In this document: positions 9,777 through 17,891 of the stretch, in pieces
Layout: the number at the start of each line of letters is the position of its first letter
Position numbering within the stretch: position 1 is the first letter of the stretch
DNA from: an uncultured cyanobacterium
GTDB taxonomy: Bacteria; Cyanobacteriota; Cyanobacteriia; Cyanobacteriales; CAWUOF01
NCBI GenBank assembly: GCA_963744145.1
Contig: CAVUSO010000001.1
Location: forward strand, 576,001-640,000
Direction: 5' to 3'
Length of the DNA: 64,000 nucleotides
Translations under genes and position numbers: made by a program
The notes under the pieces: generated by a model
What the model was told of the DNA's origin: nothing
The model's input: the letters and a program-made list of their open reading frames with translations, nothing else
Database searches by the model: none

Positions 9777-11276
9777 ATGATAAGATTTTCAAAAATCATA
9801 GTGGTTGGTGGAGGAAGTTCTGGTTGGAGTACGGCAATATATTTGAAGCATAAATTAAGGAATTTGGACGTGACTCTTGTTGAGTCACCTACTCAAAAAA
9901 GACTAGGTGTAGGAGAATCAACTAATACAATTACAAGGCATTTCAACAAGGAAATAGGATTAGAAGAAAAGGCATTTTTAAATGAAACGACAGGATCGTT
10001 CAAGTCCGCGATTGAGTTTGTAGGTTTTAACAGGAAGGAGGGGGTTTTCTATCACCCTTTTGGTTTCCCTCTTGAAAAAGATAAGGAATTCTTCAACGAA
10101 ACGACAGGATCGTTTAAGTCCGCGATTGAGTTTGTAGATTCTACCAGGAAGGATCTGGTTTTTTATCATCCTTTTGATTTACCTCTTGAAAAATATTTGG
10201 AAAAGTACTGGTTTAAAAATAAATTTGAAAATTTGTATTATATCTATCATGTAGTAAATCGAAAAAATCTTTTCGATCCGAAAGGCAGTTATGCGTACCA
10301 TGTAGATGCAGACAAGTATAGCGAATTTTTGAGAAAAAAGTCTGTAGAGCTTGGAGTTAAGCATATTGTCGGTACAGTTGAGAATGTTCTTTTTGATGAG
10401 ATACAGAATATCAAAGCACTGCGAATTGATAACAATCAAATACTGGAAGGCGACTTGTTTGTTGATTGCTCTGGTTTTAAAGCACTGTTAATGAGTGAGG
10501 CTTATAAAGAACCGTTTTTGTCAATCGCTGATAAATTACCTAATGATTCTGCGGTAGCAACAAAAGTTCCATATATGAACCGAACTAAAGAAATGAGAGC
10601 GGTAACAACATGCTGGGCTTTAGATGAAGGCTGGGTATGGATCATTCCCCTCAAAAATCGGATTGGATCTGGTTTCGTCTATTCATCTAAGTACACTTCA
10701 AAAGAAGCAGCCGAAGAGAAACTAAGGCAATACTGGGGTATTGACAGGACAAAAGAGTTAGAAGTGTTTCATATTAAGATGAGAACTGGCAGGCATGAAA
10801 GGGCTTGGGTCAAGAATTGTGTAGCCATTGGTCCTGCTTATGGATTTATCGAACCACTGGAATCAACAGGTATTTCACTTACTCAGCATAGTATTATGAC
10901 TTTGGCCAGGGTATTAAGCAAGGGGTCATACAACGATCGGATAATTGGGCAGTTCAACAAGTATGAGGCTTCCGTATTTGATAATACAGTTGATTTTATC
11001 CAGGCGCATTATATTTTGAGCAAAAGGAAAGATTCAGCTTATTGGCAGAACTTGACGGCATCAAGTTACAACATTGAAAGTCTCAAACAAATATTGGATG
11101 AAGTGAATGCCAAGTCGTACAGGTTGATTCAAGATCAAGATACGTTCTACACTACTAATAATTGGAATGCGATCTTGTCAGGTATGGAATTCTTCAATGA
11201 AGATTTGAAATTGAAAAATTCCAGTAAACTGGAAGATTTGCCAATTTTGTCAGAATACTTGGATAGTTTGTCGTAA
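9777..11276 (+). CDS. flavin-dependent halogenase, tryptophan halogenase family
   Basis: GGGSSG FAD motif, GVGEST, GSFKSAIEF (PrnA K79-equivalent segment), YAYHVDA, FVDCSGF, WVWIIP, FIEPLESTG. Confidence 0.9.
   Translation: MIRFSKIIVVGGGSSGWSTAIYLKHKLRNLDVTLVESPTQKRLGVGESTNTITRHFNKEIGLEEKAFLNETTGSFKSAIEFVGFNRKEGVFYHPFGFPLEKDKEFFNETTGSFKSAIEFVDSTRKDLVFYHPFDLPLEKYLEKYWFKNKFENLYYIYHVVNRKNLFDPKGSYAYHVDADKYSEFLRKKSVELGVKHIVGTVENVLFDEIQNIKALRIDNNQILEGDLFVDCSGFKALLMSEAYKEPFLSIADKLPNDSAVATKVPYMNRTKEMRAVTTCWALDEGWVWIIPLKNRIGSGFVYSSKYTSKEAAEEKLRQYWGIDRTKELEVFHIKMRTGRHERAWVKNCVAIGPAYGFIEPLESTGISLTQHSIMTLARVLSKGSYNDRIIGQFNKYEASVFDNTVDFIQAHYILSKRKDSAYWQNLTASSYNIESLKQILDEVNAKSYRLIQDQDTFYTTNNWNAILSGMEFFNEDLKLKNSSKLEDLPILSEYLDSLS
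9975..10193 (+). repeat. 114-bp (38-aa) tandem in-frame duplication inside the halogenase
   Basis: GAAACGACAGGATCGTT at 9984 and 10098; NETTGSFKSAIEFV...VFYHPF..PLEK occurs twice. Confidence 0.95.
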
Positions 11277-11298
11277 GGATTCAGATGGGGGCAGTTGA

Positions 11299-11407
11299 CC
11301 CCGGATTTCTCACAAAGATTTAAACAACTTGCCCAAAAAGCTTATGTAGCTTAGATTTGAGATCAGATATCCCGTCAACCTACTGTCCCCGGATTTCTCA
11401 CAAAGAT
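11299..11407 (+). repeat. 21-bp direct repeat CCCCGGATTTCTCACAAAGAT (11299-11319, 11387-11407)
   Basis: Two exact copies downstream of the halogenase. Confidence 0.8.
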
Positions 11408-11613
11408 ATCGCTGACAAGCGAGGGATTGCAACCCAAAAACACCCTGTCATTTTTCAGCAGCGTTCATTTAGACATCCTCTACTTCCTTAGTATATTCTA
11501 CCCAGTTGCAATCCGCTAGATCTTGATACTCGACAGAAATCTTCAACGGAGTAACATTACTCAAAAGAGCCTATGAGTTTTTGCCGACTCTAAGGCAAAA
11601 TTTGCAAAGTTGA

Positions 11614-12984
11614 CTAAGCTTCGTTGCCAGATGACAGATCAGAAAGTTGCTGAGTATGACTCACATCCTTCAATGTGCCAGGCACATGCACTGCCAGCAC
11701 CACCATTCTTGTTACTGTCCACATTGACACAGCTAACCATAAGATATGGTTGTTATGATAATACCATGCAACGACTGCTAGAGGCACAAATCCAAAGATG
11801 ACTGAGATCAATGAGGCATTGCGTAAGACTTGCCCTAAAGCTAAACCTGCAAAGTATCCATCTAGGATCAGATACACTGAACTAAATCCCAGCACGGGGA
11901 ATAACCAAGGAACATAACTTGTCAGAAGCAAAGTCACTTCTTCGTAATTGGTTAATAGCCCAAAGACCTTTTGGGGAAACAGGAAACACACAAAGGCACA
12001 ACTGATTCCTACCTCTAAACTTCTTCCTACCGTCACCTGCAATAAGGGGAATAACTTTTCAATCGCTTGTTGTCCTTTAAAGTTTCCGCTCAAAGTCTCA
12101 GTGGCAAATCCGATGGCTTCAAAACAGTAGATACAAAGGAATGTTACTTGTAAGAGTAAGGCATTTTCCGCCAGGATAGTTGTCCCCATTGCAGAACCGA
12201 GAACTGTAAAAATGCTTGCGACTAACATAGTAGCCGCAGACCTGATGAAGATATTGCCATTAAGGTTAAAAGCTGCTTTAAATGCACTGACATCCCAAAT
12301 TTTTCTAGCTACACTGACAACTTCCTTCCAGTCTATTTGAAAACTCGCCAACATGATACCGACTAATAACATGAGATAGGGGCTAATGGCTTGAGACAAT
12401 CCCGCCCCCTTACTAGCCAAGTCCCAGCGGACAATAAACAGGTAGTCAAATAAAACATTAGCTCCATTACCCACCACCGACATTAGCAACACACAGCTAC
12501 TCTTTTCCCGTCCCAGAAACCACCCAATCAGAACAAAATTCATCACAACCGCAGGTGCGCCCCAAATTCGGGCGTTGAAATAGTCAATCCCTGATGCCTT
12601 AACCTCGATCGTGGCACTGATGATGCCAAACCACAACTGTTGCAAAGGATATTGCAACAACAGAATTAGTCCAGCTATACCCAATCCAATTAAAACATTT
12701 CGCAGCCCCACCAGTAGCATCTGTTCAGTGTCATTTCGTCCCACCGCCTGTGCCGTCATTCCAGTGGTTCCCATACGTAAACAGTTGACAATGAAATACA
12801 TATGGTTAAATAGTATTGTAGACAGAGTAACCCCTGCTAGATCCTCGATTTGAGTAAAATGACCCAAGAATGCTATGCTGATTGTCCCAACTAGAGGCTC
12901 CGTGATATTTGAAAGGACATTGATGAAAGCAAGTCTAAAGAAGCGAGAAAGGAAGTCATACTTTTCTGGGAGCGTTATGCTCAT
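11614..12984 (-). CDS. MATE family efflux transporter (resembles the cyanobacterial DinF/GntT-like group)
   Basis: NVLSNITEPLVG, LRMGTTGMTAQAVG, RIWGAPA, ~12 TM. Confidence 0.9.
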   Translation of the reverse strand: MSITLPEKYDFLSRFFRLAFINVLSNITEPLVGTISIAFLGHFTQIEDLAGVTLSTILFNHMYFIVNCLRMGTTGMTAQAVGRNDTEQMLLVGLRNVLIGLGIAGLILLLQYPLQQLWFGIISATIEVKASGIDYFNARIWGAPAVVMNFVLIGWFLGREKSSCVLLMSVVGNGANVLFDYLFIVRWDLASKGAGLSQAISPYLMLLVGIMLASFQIDWKEVVSVARKIWDVSAFKAAFNLNGNIFIRSAATMLVASIFTVLGSAMGTTILAENALLLQVTFLCIYCFEAIGFATETLSGNFKGQQAIEKLFPLLQVTVGRSLEVGISCAFVCFLFPQKVFGLLTNYEEVTLLLTSYVPWLFPVLGFSSVYLILDGYFAGLALGQVLRNASLISVIFGFVPLAVVAWYYHNNHILWLAVSMWTVTRMVVLAVHVPGTLKDVSHTQQLSDLSSGNEA

Positions 12985-12993
12985 GAATTAATC

Positions 12994-14721
12994 CTATGGT
13001 GAATTTAACGAGTTGAACAAGTGGGCTTCGTTGCTTGCTGGAGCTAAGTTTAACACATTTGTCAGGTGGTCGATTACTGAGTTAAGGTCCACAAAAGGAT
13101 TAATCAGTATACATTTCCATCCACTAATTGGTATTCCTGATTGACCGACAATCACTTGATTAGAGTAGCCTAAAATCGGTGTATTGGAACTCCTAATAAC
13201 TTGGCTTTTTCTAAAAAGATTTTGATTATATTCATTCATTTTTTGAGTAAAATTTTGATCGGCTTCACTCGTCCCAAATAACTCTCTTTTATATGCTGCT
13301 TGTGCTTCTATTCCAGTTGGATAAAATCGCCAAAGTGTACTTGTTCCAGGAATATTTTGATTCAAAACTCCAATAGAGCTATTGAAACTATATTGTAGTT
13401 GCGATTTCAAAATATTGCTTTGTTGGATAGCATAACCAATCATCGCCTGGTATCCTTCATAACCCAAGGCATAAAGATTAGCCAAAATCATTAAAGGTCC
13501 ATCTCCTGGACGGGAGGATTCAGGGGTATAAGCTCCTGGAAATGAGCAAAAACTATCCTCAGTAAAATAGGGTGTTTCCTCCCGATCTTTTTGGAGCAGT
13601 AGCATATCCTGTTTGTTCTTAAAGATTAAGGCACTAGAAATATAAGATGTCAAACCATGTTTATGGGGAGCGACTGTAATAGAATCCGCGTAACATAAAT
13701 TAGAGTAGAGGTTATTTAATTTCTCAATAGAGTTAAGCGCGTCTGGATTAAATGCTAAGGGATTGTTGGCAATTTGATAGTTTTTAAATATCCCATAAAT
13801 CCACCCGACAACTGCATCTACATGAAGGTGGGGTTTGGGAATATGATATTTTTGACAGACTGTTTCACAAATTTCAAAAACGCTTTTGATATCATCTACA
13901 CCAAAGGAATCAGTATATCCAGCAACTAAATATATGCACACAATCTGCTTCCCTTGTTGGATAGTTTCCTCAATCTGAGCTTGCAAAGCTTTCAAGGATA
14001 TCTCAAAATTGGGTGTGACCGGAACAGAGATCACATTTTCAGTCCCGATACCAAGTAATCGAGCCGCGTTGACATTAGTATAATGGCCAAGAACTGATTG
14101 GATCACGACAGGATCTTTATCTAAAAAAGCTTTGAAGCCTTTTTTTCCCAAACCAGGGAACATCTTTTCCAGAGCAAATCGAACTGCCCAATAATTACTT
14201 GCAGCTCCTCCTGATGTAAAATATCCTCCTGCTAATTTAGGGTCAAAACCGACAATTTCAGCCAGATGTGCGATCGCGAGCTGTTCAGCTTCAATTGCTT
14301 TTCCCGCATAGGTTTCACAAGCCAGATTCGGATTAATAATAGCACAAGCAATTTTGGCAAGAATTGCTGGTGTTAGAGACGGTGGAACAATATTTAAAGG
14401 AGCATAGCCTGCTGAGTAATTGGGGACATTTCCTAAATAATTGAGAATGATATGTTGAATCACCTCTTCAATCGACCAACCTTTTGTAGGAATTTGATTT
14501 ATGCCTAACTCAGATTTGATTTCTGGAGTTATTCTAGCGGTCAAATTTGTATCAGTTCGTAAGGATTTTAAGCCTGTCAATAACTGCTCAATTGCTGCCA
14601 AAAAATTACTTCCTAACCCAGCCTTGGGAAGAAGGTATTGACTGTAGGTTAAGAGCAAATTATTTAAACTCTGATTTTCCTGACTAAAATCATCTTTGCT
14701 GCGATCTGTTTGTTCAATCAT
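12994..14721 (-). CDS. group II PLP-dependent amino acid decarboxylase
   Basis: FTSGGAASN, GHYT, HVDAVVG, DSITVAPHK (PLP lysine). Confidence 0.85.
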   Translation of the reverse strand: MIEQTDRSKDDFSQENQSLNNLLLTYSQYLLPKAGLGSNFLAAIEQLLTGLKSLRTDTNLTARITPEIKSELGINQIPTKGWSIEEVIQHIILNYLGNVPNYSAGYAPLNIVPPSLTPAILAKIACAIINPNLACETYAGKAIEAEQLAIAHLAEIVGFDPKLAGGYFTSGGAASNYWAVRFALEKMFPGLGKKGFKAFLDKDPVVIQSVLGHYTNVNAARLLGIGTENVISVPVTPNFEISLKALQAQIEETIQQGKQIVCIYLVAGYTDSFGVDDIKSVFEICETVCQKYHIPKPHLHVDAVVGWIYGIFKNYQIANNPLAFNPDALNSIEKLNNLYSNLCYADSITVAPHKHGLTSYISSALIFKNKQDMLLLQKDREETPYFTEDSFCSFPGAYTPESSRPGDGPLMILANLYALGYEGYQAMIGYAIQQSNILKSQLQYSFNSSIGVLNQNIPGTSTLWRFYPTGIEAQAAYKRELFGTSEADQNFTQKMNEYNQNLFRKSQVIRSSNTPILGYSNQVIVGQSGIPISGWKCILINPFVDLNSVIDHLTNVLNLAPASNEAHLFNSLNSP

Positions 14722-14733
14722 TTCTTGGCTACA

Positions 14734-16131
14734 TTAATAACTTTGAATACCGTACCTGTTATTTTGAGACCGTCTCTCTGTCACCACCATCCGCACATCC
14801 CCAGGTCCTACTTCTGGTCCTAATAGAAGTCCTCTAATCACTGGTTGGACTGGTTTGCTATCAACTAATTCCATCTGAAAACACGACAAAACTGTTGCCA
14901 AAGCCAGTTTCATTTCAAACAAGTAAAATGCCATACCAATACAGCGACGGTTACCGCCACCAAAGGGCAAATACTCAGAAGAAGCAAATTGACGTTCCAG
15001 AAAACGCTCTGGTTTAAACTGCTTTGGATTGGGATATAAATCTTGGCGATGATGAGTTAGATAAATACAGGGAATCAGGATAGTACCAGGTTCAAACTGA
15101 TAGCCCCCAATCGCTAACGGTGATTTCACCACTCGACTAAATGCCAAGATTGCCGGTGGGTAAAGGCGCAGTGTTTCACAACAGATAGCATTTAAATAGG
15201 GCAAACGAAAAATAGTATTCGGATCTGGGTTTTCACCCAAACTATCGAGTTCTTGCAGTAATTTTTCCTGCACTTCTGGCAGATGGTGAATCCAATATAA
15301 GGCCCAATATAAGGCAGTTGTAGGTGCTTCGTAACCTGCTACCAATAGCGTGATCAACTGATCGCGTAACTCTACATCCGTCATCCCCTGCCCCTGCTCA
15401 TCGCGAGCCGATATCATCAAGGAGAGAATATCACTCCGAGATGAATTATTGGGTTGCTCTTTGCGTTCCCAAATCTCAGCGTAGATGAGTTCGTCTATTT
15501 CCTGGATTTGGCCCATGAACTTTTTCCAAGGACTCCAAGAACCTAAAGCGCTTCGGAGTAATGGGAAAAGAAGCATAACAACTCTCAATAAAGGTCTCTT
15601 AGGATTGAGGATTGCAATGAAAAGTTTTTTGAGCTGTTCGTAACGTGCCCCTTCCTCTAGACTAAAGACAGCTTTTGAAATAACTTGGAAGGAAATTGCT
15701 TGCATAGAGGGCAGGACAGAAAAAGGTTCACCAAGCGGCCACTGACTCACTACTTGCTTGGTAATATCGCGGATGGTCTCACCATAAGCTAGCATTCTTT
15801 CTCCATGAAAGGGAGGTGTCAACAACTTTCGTTGTCGCTGATGAGGTTTGCCTTCCAACGCTAGCATTGATTGTCGTCCAAAAAAAGCCGAACTAAAACC
15901 TGCTGATTCACCAGAGTCCAACTGTTTTGGATCGGTGGTAAAAATCTGCTCAATCGCCTGAGGGTTACTGATAAACACTTGGGGCTGAAAAGTTGGACCA
16001 ATCCTGACAGTAAAGATATCACCATAACGTTGAGCACAAGCTTCCATGTATTCTAATGGGCTAGTAAGCCATTGGAACGTCTGTACCAAAGGGTGAGTTT
16101 GAGGACCTTCAGGTAGTTTAAGAGTAGACAT
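14734..16131 (-). CDS. cytochrome P450 (CYP110-like)
   Basis: ETLR, PERF, FGGGNRRCIG heme motif; I-helix reads AGYEAPT. Confidence 0.95.
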   Translation of the reverse strand: MSTLKLPEGPQTHPLVQTFQWLTSPLEYMEACAQRYGDIFTVRIGPTFQPQVFISNPQAIEQIFTTDPKQLDSGESAGFSSAFFGRQSMLALEGKPHQRQRKLLTPPFHGERMLAYGETIRDITKQVVSQWPLGEPFSVLPSMQAISFQVISKAVFSLEEGARYEQLKKLFIAILNPKRPLLRVVMLLFPLLRSALGSWSPWKKFMGQIQEIDELIYAEIWERKEQPNNSSRSDILSLMISARDEQGQGMTDVELRDQLITLLVAGYEAPTTALYWALYWIHHLPEVQEKLLQELDSLGENPDPNTIFRLPYLNAICCETLRLYPPAILAFSRVVKSPLAIGGYQFEPGTILIPCIYLTHHRQDLYPNPKQFKPERFLERQFASSEYLPFGGGNRRCIGMAFYLFEMKLALATVLSCFQMELVDSKPVQPVIRGLLLGPEVGPGDVRMVVTERRSQNNRYGIQSY

Positions 16132-16156
16132 ATTTTCTCATATTCAATTATGGACT

Positions 16157-17506
16157 TCAATAAATATCCAAATATTCATGACGCTCCCACTCCGTCAGGT
16201 GTTCGTGAAAACGGGCTAGTTCAAAACGTTTGACCGTAGTAAAAAGGCGGACAAACTCTTGAGAGAGCATATTTTGCATTTCTCCATCAGCAGCCAGTCC
16301 AGATAAAGCTTCCTCAAGGGTTTGAGGTAACTTTGGCCAATTTGGGTCGTCTTCGCTGGGACCTGCTCCTGAAGGCTGTAGTTGACGCTGTTGTTTAATA
16401 CCTAGCAAACCCGCAGCTAGAGTCGCTGCTGCGGTGAGGTAAGGATTACTCAGACCGGAAGCGGCTCGCATTTCGATATGGGTTGATTCTTCATCGGTTA
16501 CTTTGATTCGCACCATTGCTGTACGATCTTCAATACCCCAACTGATATTGGAGGGAGCAAAAGTCTGAGGTTTGAAGCGACGATAACAATTCGGAGTAGG
16601 ACTCACTAATGGCATCATTGCCTCTCCATGATCTAAAATGCCTTGAATGAAGGCTTGAGCCGTAGCAGACAAACCATATTTGTTCTCTGGGTCAATAAAA
16701 ACATTGTTTCCAGTGTTGCGGTCAATGAGGCTGATATGAAAATGACAACAGCAACCCGCATAGTCGATAAAGGGTTTAGACATGAAGGTGGCATGATAAC
16801 CCAGCCGATAAGTAATCTCCTTGACTGCATTCTTGAAGGTAAAAGCTTTGTCCGCAGCGCCAATCCCTATGCTTGCTCCATAATTAATCTCGAATTGGGA
16901 AGGACAATGCTCGCAGTGATAGTTAATCACATCTATTCCAGAGGCACGCAGATAATTGATTAATTGACTGATTTCAGGAATATAGTTGTTGCGGGTATTA
17001 TTAAAAACGTATAGCCCATCAAAAAGTAGTTCCTTTGTTTCAGGATGGAGAAGATAGAACTCAAACTCATGCCCCATCATCACATTGAACCCCAGCTCCG
17101 CCGCTTCTGCGAGTAACTGTTTGAGGATATAACGGGGAGCAATTTCCAACGGTTCTGTTGGACTCCTCATTAGATCACAAATGACTTTGGCTGTTTTTTC
17201 CATCCAAGGTACGGGTGTTAGGGTATCAAGGTCTGGGATTAATAGTAGGTCACGGTATTTCCACTCTTCGTGATAGCCAGAACCGGGTACAACCATGGAA
17301 GCCGTATCTAAAGCCAGACAACCCCCATAAAAGTTAAGACCTTTGCGAGCAAAGCTTTCTACTTTATCAATTGGCACAACTTTTGAGCGAGCGACTCCGT
17401 GTAAATCTGGTAGCTCAAAACGGATGTACTCAATATGGTGGTTGGTTAGATATTCAACAAACTGAGGGACGCTATCAAAAGCAGTTTTTGCTTTTTCTGA
17501 CATCAT
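16157..17506 (-). CDS. glutamine synthetase-like protein, probable gamma-glutamyl-amine ligase
   Basis: PDLHGVARSK, GHEFEF, QFEIN, TFMSKP, CHFHIS, EMR; lacks the FDGSS and PGYEAP motifs of true GSI. Confidence 0.85.
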   Translation of the reverse strand: MMSEKAKTAFDSVPQFVEYLTNHHIEYIRFELPDLHGVARSKVVPIDKVESFARKGLNFYGGCLALDTASMVVPGSGYHEEWKYRDLLLIPDLDTLTPVPWMEKTAKVICDLMRSPTEPLEIAPRYILKQLLAEAAELGFNVMMGHEFEFYLLHPETKELLFDGLYVFNNTRNNYIPEISQLINYLRASGIDVINYHCEHCPSQFEINYGASIGIGAADKAFTFKNAVKEITYRLGYHATFMSKPFIDYAGCCCHFHISLIDRNTGNNVFIDPENKYGLSATAQAFIQGILDHGEAMMPLVSPTPNCYRRFKPQTFAPSNISWGIEDRTAMVRIKVTDEESTHIEMRAASGLSNPYLTAAATLAAGLLGIKQQRQLQPSGAGPSEDDPNWPKLPQTLEEALSGLAADGEMQNMLSQEFVRLFTTVKRFELARFHEHLTEWERHEYLDIY

Positions 17507-17763
17507 TATTTTTAGCCAATCTGAGTGATTAATATATGTTAATTTATTGTACAGTAAGAATTAACTAGCTAATGAAATAAGAAAAATAAATAAATTTTTC
17601 TTATTAATTTAAAAAAATAGATAAACTTTGATAATAAATTATCCGGAAAAAGGAATTAAGGACTTGCAAATAGATAGTGGTAAATATGTAGTAAAATTTA
17701 AATATATTAATTAAATAGTATTACTATACTTATCACTATTTCATCATAGTTTGTATGGTAGTC

Positions 17764-17891
17764 CAAAACGGTTCTCAGTGGTGGAATCATGCTAATGCGA
17801 TCGCGAAGAAATTAGCAGTTTGTACTTCTGGTAACAACCTGGAAAGATAACAATCAAGCTGAAACATTTATGGATAAAGATTAGAGCTTAG
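17764..17891 (+). repeat. 128-bp direct repeat, right copy
   Basis: Matches 6356-6483; ends on the stop codon of the histidine kinase gene. Confidence 0.95.

Larger units (their letters stand above)
6484..17763. mobile_element. genomic island bracketed by 128-bp direct repeats (no integrase seen)
   Basis: Flanking direct repeat, HIP1 depletion (2 sites counted), accessory biosynthetic cargo. Confidence 0.75.

Noticed and set aside
9777-16131. Aetokthonotoxin-like cluster (halogenase plus P450)
   Set aside because: No tryptophanase, nitrile synthase or single-component halogenase seen; the PLP enzyme is a group II decarboxylase type
11614-17506. Guanitoxin or another known cyanotoxin cluster suggested by the GntT-like MATE
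   Set aside because: No methyltransferases, kinase, aminotransferase, NRPS or PKS are present; the transporter alone is not diagnostic
16157-17506. Calling this gene glnA
   Set aside because: It lacks the GSI ammonium-site motifs (FDGSS, PGYEAP) and sits in an accessory island
17510-17760. NtcA site or riboswitch upstream of the GS-like operon
   Set aside because: Very AT-rich; no GTA-N8-TAC match or recognisable aptamer found by eye
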